A DNA stretch of 64,000 bases from an uncultured Marinoscillum sp. (GTDB lineage: Bacteria > Bacteroidota > Bacteroidia > Cytophagales > Cyclobacteriaceae), in assembly GCA_964351885.1 (NCBI GenBank), contig CAYGPP010000001.1, forward strand, positions 95,911-159,910, in the 5' to 3' direction. Shown here piece by piece: positions 19,407 through 29,893 of the stretch (positions within the stretch are counted from its first letter, which is position 1; each line of letters begins with the position of its first letter). Below the pieces are notes generated by a model. It had not been told where the DNA came from. It made no database searches and saw nothing but the letters and a program-made list of their open reading frames with translations. A program made the position numbers and the translations under genes.

Positions 19407-21308
19407 ATGAGTAAATTCCCTTTCAAGACCCGTTTTAACTACCAATTTGACAACTATCTGTCAAAGGGGACTGTGTCCATGATTTACGGACTTGGTATAA
19501 TCGGTCTAGTTATTATTGTTGTATTTGGAGGCATTTTATTGTTGACTGGCCTTCATCCAGATCATGATGAGAATTTTTCAATATTCGAGTCTCTTTGGGT
19601 AAACATGACTCACGTTTTGGATCCTGGAGTACTGGGGAACCACGAGGACAATTGGCCATTCCGTTTGTTTATGATGGTTACTACGTTTCTAGGACTGGTA
19701 TTGGTATCCACATTGATTGGATTGGTTTCAAATGGTATTCTTGAAAAGATGGACCAACTTAGGAAAGGAAGGTCATTTGTAATAGAACAAAATCACGTGT
19801 TGATTTTAGGGTGGTCTTCAAAGATTTTCACTATTATATCGGAGTTAGTTCTCGCTAATGAAAATCAAAAAAGAGGGGTAATTGTCATCTTAGCAGATAT
19901 GGACAAAGTCCTTATGGAGGATGAGATAAGAGATAAGGTGGGTTCTACAGGAACGACAGTTGTAATATGTCGTACAGGCAACCCAATTGATGTCCAAGAT
20001 TTATATATAGCCAACCCATTTGATACAAAGGCTATCATCATTCTGGATAAGGACAATCAGAACTCTGATTCTCAAATTATTAAGACGATTGTAGCTATTG
20101 TTACTAATCCAGAAAGAAGAGAGGAGCCGTATCATATTACTGCTGAGATGGAGGACAAGAAAAATCTCGAAGTTGCAAAGATGGTAGGTAAAGATGAGGT
20201 TGAATTGATTTTGTCGGATGAGATCATCTCCAGAATCATGGTACAAACCTCAAGGCAGTCTGGGCTGAGTGTAGTATATATCGAGTTAATGGATTTCGGT
20301 GGCGATGAAATTTATTTCATGGACGAAGATTCATTGATCGGTAAAACTTTCAGAGAAATATTGTTTTCTTATGAAACATCAGCGATCATGGGCCTCCAAT
20401 ATGGAGATGGTTCCGTTGAGATTAACCCACCTATGGATACAATCTTTAAAGAGGGTGACAGGGTTATTGGTATTACTGAGGATGACGATACGTTAGTTCC
20501 TAACGCTCCTGAAAATGCACCTTTGGGAGAGGATATGATCGTCTATACCGAACCAGAAATAAAGGAGAAAGAAAAAATATTAGTTTTAGGGTGGAACAAT
20601 CGTGCCAAATATATCATTCAAGAATTGGATTATTATGTTCCTGTTGGTTCTGATGTAATTGTAATGTCAAAGTTTGACGATGCAGCAAAAGAAGTCAACA
20701 AACTTTCGCAACAGGCAAAAAACACCAATGTGTCTTTTGAAGTCACCGACACTACGGACAGGGCAACCCTGTTAGCTATGGATCTTGGACAGTATGATTA
20801 TATCATGTTACTCTGTTACCAAAATTATTTTCCAATTCAGGAAGCGGATGCTCAGACGCTAATTACACTTTTACATATTAGAAGTTTTAGCGAGCAAACG
20901 GGCGAAAAGCATAAAATAGTATCTGAGATGCTGGATATCAGAAACAGGCAACTTGCTGATATTACAAGTGCTGATGATTTTATTGTAAGTGATAAGTTGA
21001 TCAGTTTGTTGATGAGTCAGGTGGCAGAAAACAAATACTTAATGAGAGTATTTGAAGATCTTTTTGATGCTGATGGTTCTGAAATTTATATTAAACCAGC
21101 TAGGGAGTATGTTAAGATAGGTGTCCCAATTAACTTCTACACAGTATTGGAGTCCGCAGCACGTAAGAACGAGGTTGCGATCGGGTATAGAATAATAAGG
21201 CAAGCAAAAGAAGCTGATAAGGGATATGGTGTTTATGTGAACCCTCCAAAATCAGAGCTGTTTACTCTTGCTCAGGATGACATGATTGTTGTGCTCTCTG
21301 AAGATTAA
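19407..21308 (+). CDS. CASTOR/POLLUX-related ion channel with two RCK/TrkA-N-like domains
   Basis: Two N-terminal TM helices flank a pore-like loop (HVLDPGVLGNHED). Two Rossmann-like starts are present: HVLILGWSSKIFTIISEL and KILVLGWNNRAKYIIQEL. Confidence 0.7.
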   Translation: MSKFPFKTRFNYQFDNYLSKGTVSMIYGLGIIGLVIIVVFGGILLLTGLHPDHDENFSIFESLWVNMTHVLDPGVLGNHEDNWPFRLFMMVTTFLGLVLVSTLIGLVSNGILEKMDQLRKGRSFVIEQNHVLILGWSSKIFTIISELVLANENQKRGVIVILADMDKVLMEDEIRDKVGSTGTTVVICRTGNPIDVQDLYIANPFDTKAIIILDKDNQNSDSQIIKTIVAIVTNPERREEPYHITAEMEDKKNLEVAKMVGKDEVELILSDEIISRIMVQTSRQSGLSVVYIELMDFGGDEIYFMDEDSLIGKTFREILFSYETSAIMGLQYGDGSVEINPPMDTIFKEGDRVIGITEDDDTLVPNAPENAPLGEDMIVYTEPEIKEKEKILVLGWNNRAKYIIQELDYYVPVGSDVIVMSKFDDAAKEVNKLSQQAKNTNVSFEVTDTTDRATLLAMDLGQYDYIMLLCYQNYFPIQEADAQTLITLLHIRSFSEQTGEKHKIVSEMLDIRNRQLADITSADDFIVSDKLISLLMSQVAENKYLMRVFEDLFDADGSEIYIKPAREYVKIGVPINFYTVLESAARKNEVAIGYRIIRQAKEADKGYGVYVNPPKSELFTLAQDDMIVVLSED

Positions 21309-21478
21309 GAAGCTCTTAGCGCTTCCCGTATTTGTTTCATAGCTTTTCTTCTATAACGTTTGGTGCTATGAGGCATGTTAGGAATTCTTTCTAAATAATT
21401 AAGTACCTCTGTTTTTTGATTTCCGTTGAGATTTCTCACCTTGGAGATGATCTCGCTTTCAATTTGGTTTTGATACAT
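21305..21478 (-). CDS. small ORF (57 aa), not in the supplied track
   Basis: Hand-translated codon by codon: MYQNQIESEIISKVRNLNGNQKTEVLNYLERIPNMPHSTKRYRRKAMKQIREALRAS*. Its stop overlaps the channel gene stop (convergent). Confidence 0.35.
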   Translation of the reverse strand: MYQNQIESEIISKVRNLNGNQKTEVLNYLERIPNMPHSTKRYRRKAMKQIREALRAS

Positions 21479-21640
21479 AATATTGGTGGTTTATGTCTAT
21501 CAAGTTAACGATAATTTCCTCAATAGGGTTTTTGCTAGGTTAAATAGGGTTTATCTTAGTGTGAATATATCATTTTAATGAATAGCCGTGAGATAACCAT
21601 TGATTGAGCGATTGAGCGAAAAATATTTTATATTGAATGA

Positions 21641-23020
<1,380 letters not shown>

Positions 23021-23076
23021 GCTTGGATTTCAGGCTGAATAACAACTATCTTTGATTTTCAAAAAAATCACGAATT

Positions 23077-23181
23077 ATGGCAATGTTAGGTTTGATTCTT
23101 TTTCTTTTCGTTTTGGCGATTGTATGTCCATTCATACTGCCTAACCATAAAGTGAGTAATCACAAGAAAGATCACGTTTGA
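23077..23181 (+). CDS. small hydrophobic ORF (34 aa), speculative
   Basis: MAMLGLILFLFVLAIVCPFILPNHKVSNHKKDHV*. One TM helix followed by a basic tail. Below the track cutoff. Confidence 0.25.
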   Translation: MAMLGLILFLFVLAIVCPFILPNHKVSNHKKDHV

Positions 23182-23288
23182 AGAGACTCTTTAATTAATT
23201 AAAAGAAGGGATCTTTATTATGTTCTCTTATATCCACTAAAGAGACGTTCTTGACTGCCTTTGTTAGCTTGACAGGTCTTCAATGTTC

Positions 23289-23414
23289 TTATTCAACTTT
23301 GTTAGATTTTCTAAAATCTATAAGTGACAGGGCAGCACCAAAGGCGGCCAAGAAAATCACAATATTTACGAATAGGTTTACACCGTCAGTAACGGCAGGA
23401 TTTGTTAATTCCAT
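23289..23414 (-). CDS. small hydrophobic ORF (41 aa), speculative
   Basis: MELTNPAVTDGVNLFVNIVIFLAAFGAALSLIDFRKSNKVE*. Single TM helix. More protein-like than the overlapping 60-aa + strand ORF in the track. Confidence 0.3.
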   Translation of the reverse strand: MELTNPAVTDGVNLFVNIVIFLAAFGAALSLIDFRKSNKVE

Positions 23415-23468
23415 CTTGTTGTTTTTTTACTAGGCGAATATAAATCAAAAAAAGCCTTTCTATCAATT

Positions 23469-23804
23469 ATGAATAGTGAAGTAATCCTTTTTTCTTCAAG
23501 GCAAGAACTAGAGAAGGGATTCATTGGTACAAGGATCATCACTTTTCAGTATGAAGGAGATAGATTCTGCTTAACGCAAGTGGACGATAAGCTCATCGTT
23601 TTCAACGGAATCTGCCCTCACTTAGGTTACTCCTTGCAAAAAGCACCCATCAATCCATTATTTGAAGTTGTCTGCCCTTGGCATAACTTTAAGTTTTCCT
23701 TATACTCTGGCATAGAGTCTGAAGGGAGGTGTAAGAGTTTATACGTAACACAAGCCTATTGGAATGACCAAAATCAGCTTGCATTCAATCTTAAGAAAGA
23801 CTAA
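23469..23804 (+). CDS. Rieske [2Fe-2S] domain protein
   Basis: CPHLGYSL ... CPWHNFKF (CxH / CxxH Rieske ligands). Confidence 0.8.
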   Translation: MNSEVILFSSRQELEKGFIGTRIITFQYEGDRFCLTQVDDKLIVFNGICPHLGYSLQKAPINPLFEVVCPWHNFKFSLYSGIESEGRCKSLYVTQAYWNDQNQLAFNLKKD

Positions 23805-24987
23805 ATAGTCTTACCACCGAAACTAACCAGTCTGCGATCACTTGTGCAAGCTCACTACCTGTACCTCGCCCTACGACGTAGGTTACAAAAAGAACATAAA
23901 GACCTAAAAGTATTCCTGCTTTTAACCTACCAATATATCCACCTATAACAAAGATTATTAAAACCACGGCGGTAAGTAACCACAAGAGGAATCTCAATTC
24001 ACCACTAAGATCTACCATTTCTGGAGACATTGGAATTGGCCCATACAATAAAGTGAATATGAAAAGAGGAAAGCCAAGAGCGAAACAGATATCGAAGATG
24101 TTACTTCCTAATGCATTGGAGATAGCATCATCATATTGACCTCTTTGAGCGTCTTTGATGGATATAATGGTGTCAGGAAAACTAGATGCAGCGGACGCAA
24201 GAATCAAAGCAACAAACATAACAGGGATGTCTAATCCGTGAAATTCGCCAAGAAAAGGCACCGTGTAGACATCCTCACCGATCCACTCACAGGCAAGCAC
24301 CAAGAGATAACAAACAGCTGCAATAGATAGAGTAGAAGCTATTAAAAGAGACCAAGCATTTACATTGTTGATCTTGTTTTTTCCTATAAATACGCGTTCA
24401 AGGTCTAAAGTTATCAGACCAAGCAAGAATGGTTTTTGTTTTTCTTCATCATCCAGCTCTTCTTGGACTTCCACATGTGATTCTTCTAGCATCACATCCC
24501 TCTCTTTTTTGTCCATAGACCAAAACAAATAGACTATGTAGACTACATAAACGAGCATAAGGAGAAGACCGTGATACCAGTCTAATAGCGAACCACTGAC
24601 CAAAACGATAAAAATCAGTTCAGCTATAAGAAGACTGATTCCATCGCGGAGCATCACTTTTTTCGATGCACGAACCTTATTTGTCAGCCCCATACCAATC
24701 ACCGCTAAAACAGCAACGGCAGGGATAACCATACTATTAAATATAGCCGAGCCAGCAGTGGTTCCAATTCCTCCAGAGAAGCCCTCGGCATCTTTCATTA
24801 TAAACAAGAAAAATAGGGAAGTAAAAACTTCAGGCATTGAGCTAGCCACAGCATTAATAGTGGCTCCCCTTACTCCATCAGAAAGATTCCGCCCTACATA
24901 CTCCGAGGCTCTCATGAAACCATCTCCGGCACGCCAGATTACGAGACAACAGATAGAAATTAAAATTAAAGGAATAACAATACCCAT
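23791..24987 (-). CDS. sodium/calcium exchanger (CaCA family) membrane protein
   Basis: Alpha-repeat motifs GATINAVASSMPEVFTS and ISNALGSNIFDICFALG. Multi-pass, with an acidic central loop. Confidence 0.85.
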   Translation of the reverse strand: MGIVIPLILISICCLVIWRAGDGFMRASEYVGRNLSDGVRGATINAVASSMPEVFTSLFFLFIMKDAEGFSGGIGTTAGSAIFNSMVIPAVAVLAVIGMGLTNKVRASKKVMLRDGISLLIAELIFIVLVSGSLLDWYHGLLLMLVYVVYIVYLFWSMDKKERDVMLEESHVEVQEELDDEEKQKPFLLGLITLDLERVFIGKNKINNVNAWSLLIASTLSIAAVCYLLVLACEWIGEDVYTVPFLGEFHGLDIPVMFVALILASAASSFPDTIISIKDAQRGQYDDAISNALGSNIFDICFALGFPLFIFTLLYGPIPMSPEMVDLSGELRFLLWLLTAVVLIIFVIGGYIGRLKAGILLGLYVLFVTYVVGRGTGSELAQVIADWLVSVVRLFSLS

Positions 24988-25222
24988 TTGATAGTTAGGC
25001 TTAGGTGGAAAAAATACGTGATAGCTAGAGCGGTCACTAAGTTAGCGATTTTATTAGTGTTCATTTTCAAATACCTGCCATTTTATAATGAAATCCCGAC
25101 GCTGGTCACCAGTGTGTAATTAATCTTAAAAATCTAATCAATTTCATCGGCACTAATGAAAAAGCCGTATTACTGTATTATTTTACAAAGAAGAACATAA
25201 CAATCAAACACAGCATTTAGGG

Positions 25223-25984
25223 ATGTACATTAATCTTTCGGGTCTTAATATTTTGGTAACAGGGGCTAGTCGAGGAATAGGCAAAGCTGTCGCCACAAAG
25301 CTGGCAGAAGCAGGAGCGACAATAGCCATCCATTATAATAAGAATGTCAGGGAGGCGGAGAATTTGGCTCATATTTTGGGAAATGAATCTAAGGCCTTTC
25401 AAGCGGATCTGTCTCAACCTGATGAAGCAGCGAAACTGTTCGACCGGGTTGCTCTTGAAATGGGCAGCATTGAGATTCTTATTAACAATGCGGGAATAGC
25501 TGTTGCTGCCTCGATTCAAGGCCCAGATGATGTTTGGCAAAAATCGTGGGACGACACGATGATGGTCAATTTGACTTCCCCAGCTGTACTATGTAAGAAA
25601 GCGGTTGAATATTTTCTCAAGAAAAATGCTGCGGGTAGAATTATCAACATTAGTTCCAGAGCGGCCTTTCGAGGTGATCAGGCTGAGTACTTGGCGTATG
25701 CCGCATCGAAAGCAGGATTGGTTTCAATTACAAAATCAATTGCCAGAGCTTATGGAAAGGATGGAATAAAAGCTTTTGTTATCGCACCCGGTTTTGTGAG
25801 AACAGACATGGCCAAAGAGTTCATGGATCAATACGGTGAAGAACATGCAAAAGGAGATGTAGCATTGGAGCGGTTGACAGAGCCGAAGGATTTGGCTCCA
25901 TTAATTACTTTCATTGCTAGTGGAATGGCAGATCACTCTACAGGCTCAACCTTTGACATCAATGCAGGAAGCTACATGCACTAA
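25223..25984 (+). CDS. SDR family oxidoreductase (FabG-like)
   Basis: VTGASRGIG, NNAG, and YAASKAG catalytic YxxxK. Confidence 0.9.
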   Translation: MYINLSGLNILVTGASRGIGKAVATKLAEAGATIAIHYNKNVREAENLAHILGNESKAFQADLSQPDEAAKLFDRVALEMGSIEILINNAGIAVAASIQGPDDVWQKSWDDTMMVNLTSPAVLCKKAVEYFLKKNAAGRIINISSRAAFRGDQAEYLAYAASKAGLVSITKSIARAYGKDGIKAFVIAPGFVRTDMAKEFMDQYGEEHAKGDVALERLTEPKDLAPLITFIASGMADHSTGSTFDINAGSYMH

Positions 25985-26081
25985 GCACAGTACTCATTGA
26001 GATAGAATCTCATGATTCCTTGTTTCTGATCTTGCGTAATTTTATCTTTAGTCACTTTTTGACATAACAGCCACTATCATT

Positions 26082-26477
26082 ATGAGTATACAATCACAAT
26101 TAAGTGCCCTAATCCAACTTGCCAAAATAGATGGAGATTTTGCAGGAGAAGAAAAAAGCCATATCATGATGCTTGGTCAGGCCAATGGTTTGACCAATGA
26201 AGAAATACTTCACCTAGTAGAAAATCCTGAGCCATTGCCAGCGATATCTACAATGACAGAAGATGATAAATTTGAGTATTTATACAACATTGTTCAGTTA
26301 ATGAAGATTGATAGCCAAGTCTATTTGAGTGAAATCAAATATTGTGAGGAGTTGGCTGAAAAACTCGGATTTAAGAAGGGAGTTATTTCTAAACTGAGTT
26401 CTCGTGTTTTTACTGATCCTACAATCACTTCAAATAGGGACGCATTGAAACGGGAAGTTCAGAAATATCTAAACTAG
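26082..26477 (+). CDS. TerB-like (tellurite-resistance TerB / DjlA N-terminal fold) protein
   Basis: Two repeats of the pattern [LM][AM]KIDG/S ... E(E)K/E typical of the TerB fold (LAKIDGDFAGEEKSHI; LMKIDSQVYLSEIKYC). Confidence 0.55.
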   Translation: MSIQSQLSALIQLAKIDGDFAGEEKSHIMMLGQANGLTNEEILHLVENPEPLPAISTMTEDDKFEYLYNIVQLMKIDSQVYLSEIKYCEELAEKLGFKKGVISKLSSRVFTDPTITSNRDALKREVQKYLN

Positions 26478-26481
26478 CACG

Positions 26482-26505
26482 AACCTCCTTATGGAGGTTT
26501 TTTTG
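26482..26505 (+). terminator. rho-independent terminator
   Basis: AACCTCC (26482-26488), loop TTAT, GGAGGTT (26493-26499), then TTTTT. Confidence 0.7.
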
Positions 26506-26510
26506 AATCT

Positions 26511-27359
26511 ATGCAGTCATATAAATGGAAACGGTTTTCTCCAATTGATAAAGACGCTTTGGTGCTTTGTAGAAAGCAACTACACCTGGCGATCCAAAGT
26601 GTAGCCGCAGTAGGGAGAAGATTTTTACCTTTATCTGAGGAAGATATGAATGCGACCCTCAATTGGGTACCTGGACTAACGCGAATGGCAGGTAAGTGGG
26701 TTGAGGGAAATATTACATTTAGAAGCTCCATTAGTTTAGAGACAATGGAGATACACCTCGTGGACAGGAAGGTACAAAACCTCTCTAAATTTTCTTTGCA
26801 AGGACATACACAGCTCGAAATGATGCTCTGGCTGGAGGAACAAATAGGGAAATTGGGATTGCATGCTGCCCAACTGACAATGAACCTGCCGTATGAACTT
26901 CCAGACTATGCTTTGCCTATAGCAGATTCAGATGAACTGTTTGATACCAAACAAGGCAATGAACTAGCGAAATACTACCATAATTCCTTTCTTTGTTTGC
27001 GGAAGATCAAGGAAGAGTTCGATTCTGAAAATCAAATTACCATATGGCCGCATCACTTTGATCAAGCCTTACAAATAAAGCTTAAGGACTCAGGTGATCC
27101 TGCTACTGATACAATGATCACTTTTGGGATGTCCCCGGGAGATGAGGAATTTGAGAGTCCATACTTTTATGTAAACACATGGCCTCATGTAGACACATCG
27201 AGTTGTGGGAAATTAGATAATAATGCCATTTGGGTAAGTGAAGAATGGACAGGGGCGATGCTCTTTACCAAGCATGTTATTGATGGAGGTCAGCAGCAAA
27301 AAGTGGAAAGCTTCTATGCACAAGCAAAAGAGCAACTAATCAAGTTGCTGATTAATTAA
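26511..27359 (+). CDS. hypothetical protein (282 aa)
   Basis: Clean ORF. Contains WPHHFD. Family not recognised with confidence. Confidence 0.55.
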   Translation: MQSYKWKRFSPIDKDALVLCRKQLHLAIQSVAAVGRRFLPLSEEDMNATLNWVPGLTRMAGKWVEGNITFRSSISLETMEIHLVDRKVQNLSKFSLQGHTQLEMMLWLEEQIGKLGLHAAQLTMNLPYELPDYALPIADSDELFDTKQGNELAKYYHNSFLCLRKIKEEFDSENQITIWPHHFDQALQIKLKDSGDPATDTMITFGMSPGDEEFESPYFYVNTWPHVDTSSCGKLDNNAIWVSEEWTGAMLFTKHVIDGGQQQKVESFYAQAKEQLIKLLIN

Positions 27360-28157
27360 CTGTCGGTAATCTATCTGAAAATACTCATCAAGCTTGGAGT
27401 GAAATTCATCCTCATTCAAGATGTTTTTCTTTGTTGTTTCTCCAAATAGCTGTTTTGTAAGTACTCTGTCGGTGAGTGTAACTCTTCCTTCATGGAATTG
27501 TTGAGATACGATCTTAGCCTTTTTATTCTTGGAATCAGTGTCGTCTTGCATTTGATTGCATTGAGGAATAAACTGAATTAGTTCTCTAGGTTGAAGTAAG
27601 AACTTATACTCCGAACAAAAGGCACTATTGTCTTTCGAACTTTTTAAAACCCACTCTTGGTCTGGTGTTGTTTCAAACTTGTAGTAGTAGGTGTAATCAA
27701 GCTGTGGCTGCCCAAGAAGGAGCTTTTTTGGTTCAGTAATTAGTCCGCCAGAACCGACATCACACAGGTATTGACCTTGATCTAGATTCACTAACACAAT
27801 CATGTGTTCGAACTCTGGACCGTACGAATCCCCATGAAAAATTTGGGCAGATAAAATATGTGCATCGAAACCAAGCTTAGCTAGCAAGTGATACAACAAA
27901 CCATTTAATTCAAAACTAATCCCTCCTCTTTTGGCAACTATGATTTTGGTGAATATCGAATCAATATCCAGGATGATTCTTTTAGCATAGTGAAAGTCGA
28001 GGTTTTCGAATGGGATAGTGAGTAAGTGGGATCGGTGAATTTTTCTTAAAAACGCAAGTGTTGGGGATTCTGCGTCTATTCCCAATCGATTCAAATAGGC
28101 TTGAGTATTAATTGGTTTCGCTTTGGGTCGATTCTTGAAATAATTGAGTCGTGTCAC
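27336..28157 (-). CDS. arylamine N-acetyltransferase (NAT) family homologue, catalytic Cys replaced by Ser
   Basis: IPFENLD, RGGISFELNGL (compare RGGYCFELNGL in enterobacterial NAT), HMIVLV (His), CDVGSGG (Asp). GTG start in a GTGA overlap with the upstream gene stop. Confidence 0.8.
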   Translation of the reverse strand: MTRLNYFKNRPKAKPINTQAYLNRLGIDAESPTLAFLRKIHRSHLLTIPFENLDFHYAKRIILDIDSIFTKIIVAKRGGISFELNGLLYHLLAKLGFDAHILSAQIFHGDSYGPEFEHMIVLVNLDQGQYLCDVGSGGLITEPKKLLLGQPQLDYTYYYKFETTPDQEWVLKSSKDNSAFCSEYKFLLQPRELIQFIPQCNQMQDDTDSKNKKAKIVSQQFHEGRVTLTDRVLTKQLFGETTKKNILNEDEFHSKLDEYFQIDYRQLINQQLD

Positions 28158-29269
28158 CTCTGAAAAGCATTTTTCATATTGAAAATGAAGTTTTCAAGGC
28201 CTTTGTCCCAAGTCACATCTGCATCCCAAACTTTACCCGTGTGGATGTCTTTTACGATGGTTTGTTTTATGTAATACTTGGTTACATAACTATCAACAGG
28301 GATTTTCTTAAGCTCTACTTTATTGTCTAAGTTAAAACCACTAGTCATATGGTGCGTTTCTGACTTGATTGTGGGGTAATTGAGCATTTGCTTTACGGAT
28401 TCACTACTACTCGAAAGGGACATGAGAACATATTGAAAACCCTTTTTATAAAGAGCATCGATATTTGATTCAGTTGTGAACTCATATTTATAGGGATAAG
28501 TACTCATGATTTCTTTGAGGGTTGAGTTTTTTTGATCAACCTCCATATTGTAATCCTCTATCTGGCTCAAAGCCACTTTGTCATCAATGTTTTTAGTAGA
28601 GGTTCTTTCATATTCTACTACAGCAAGTTTTAGACTTTGCAGTCTGGTAGGGTAAGTCTCATATTTTTGACCGGTAAATAATGGCAGGTCTTCTAAATAT
28701 TCAGGCCCTTCAGGAATGAGAAAATTGCTTCTTACTAACTCTTGGCGAAGCACTTGCCTAGCTATTTTTAAGATGATCTCGTTCAAGTCAATGTTTGAGT
28801 CAGACCAAGCCTTTAGTCCATTTACAACTATGTCGGTTGGAGAAAATGGCATGATTGTAATTTCATAGTAGAAAAGACTTTCTGTTCTTTTTCTCTTTAT
28901 AAGAATGATGTTTCGAACCTGCCTTAACTCTAGCAACGACTTGTAATTATTAGTAGCTTCCGGCCCAGCAAACAGATCTGAAATGTGAATGTAGGCAATA
29001 GGGTCAATGCCTATTTTCCGAATGGATTTATGAACGGTCTGGCTAAACTCTTTCCAAGAACCACGGGTATTGAAACCGGCTTTTAACTCACTTTCTGTAT
29101 CAATAATTATAAGGGATCGCTCAGAAGTGAGATCGTCCGGAAGCAGGTTCGCTTCTTCAATTGTATGAGGACTTCCCAAATGAACAACTTTGGGTTGCTG
29201 AGAAAGACAATCAAAGGAAAGAAAAAGAGAAGCTAGAAAGATTAGTCCTAGTCGATAGTTCATATTCAT
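28154..29269 (-). CDS. hypothetical secreted protein (371 aa)
   Basis: N-terminal signal peptide LGLIFLASLFLSFDCLSQ. Translationally coupled to the NAT-like gene. Confidence 0.6.
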   Translation of the reverse strand: MNMNYRLGLIFLASLFLSFDCLSQQPKVVHLGSPHTIEEANLLPDDLTSERSLIIIDTESELKAGFNTRGSWKEFSQTVHKSIRKIGIDPIAYIHISDLFAGPEATNNYKSLLELRQVRNIILIKRKRTESLFYYEITIMPFSPTDIVVNGLKAWSDSNIDLNEIILKIARQVLRQELVRSNFLIPEGPEYLEDLPLFTGQKYETYPTRLQSLKLAVVEYERTSTKNIDDKVALSQIEDYNMEVDQKNSTLKEIMSTYPYKYEFTTESNIDALYKKGFQYVLMSLSSSSESVKQMLNYPTIKSETHHMTSGFNLDNKVELKKIPVDSYVTKYYIKQTIVKDIHTGKVWDADVTWDKGLENFIFNMKNAFQR

Positions 29270-29320
29270 AAATGAAATCTAAATTTATACATTAACCGAT
29301 AAAGCACAAGGGTATTATCT

Positions 29321-29893
29321 ATGACAAAGAAAAGATGTGATTGGTGTGAAGGTACTTTTGATCAGTATGTAGCGTATCATGATAAGGAATGGGGTACGCC
29401 TAACCATGAGGATCAAAGACACTTCGAATTTTTAGTGTTAGAAAGTGCGCAAGCGGGGCTGAGCTGGAGTACAATCTTGAAGAAGCGAGAAGGATATCGT
29501 GCGCTTTTTTCAGGGTTTAGAGCGGATGATGTAGCTCAATTCACTCCAGGAATAGTAGAGGAGCTTCTTGTTGACTCTAGGATAATTAGAAACCGGATGA
29601 AAATAGAGGCCGCCATCAATAATGCGAAGCGCTTCAAAGAAATTCAAGCTGAGTTCGGTTCATTTGATAAGTACATCTGGGGATTTGTAAATCATAAGGT
29701 GAAAATGGGTGATTGGGAATCTATGGGTCAGGTCCCAGCTACCACACCAGAGTCAGATGCCTTAGCGAAGGATTTGAAAATGCGAGGGTTTAAGTTTCTC
29801 GGGTCTACTACTATATATGCACACATGCAGGCCATGGGGCTTGTCAATGACCACACGGTTGATTGCTACCGATATAAGGAGTTGTCCTCCTAA
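29321..29893 (+). CDS. tag: DNA-3-methyladenine glycosylase I
   Basis: CDWCEG...YHDKEWG, FLVLESAQAGLSW, and the Cys/His zinc-snap C-terminus (HxxxC). Confidence 0.9.
   Translation: MTKKRCDWCEGTFDQYVAYHDKEWGTPNHEDQRHFEFLVLESAQAGLSWSTILKKREGYRALFSGFRADDVAQFTPGIVEELLVDSRIIRNRMKIEAAINNAKRFKEIQAEFGSFDKYIWGFVNHKVKMGDWESMGQVPATTPESDALAKDLKMRGFKFLGSTTIYAHMQAMGLVNDHTVDCYRYKELSS

Noticed and set aside
23251-23433. 60-aa + strand ORF
   Set aside because: It has no start context or motif, and it overlaps a more protein-like 41-aa single-TM ORF on the opposite strand.
25217-25540. 107-aa - strand ORF overlapping the SDR gene start
   Set aside because: It is antisense to an SDR gene with canonical TGxxxGxG/YxxxK motifs, and its translation has no recognisable features.
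26489-26731. 80-aa - strand ORF across the terminator and the start of the 26511 gene
   Set aside because: It spans an intrinsic terminator and lies antisense to a longer ORF. No support.
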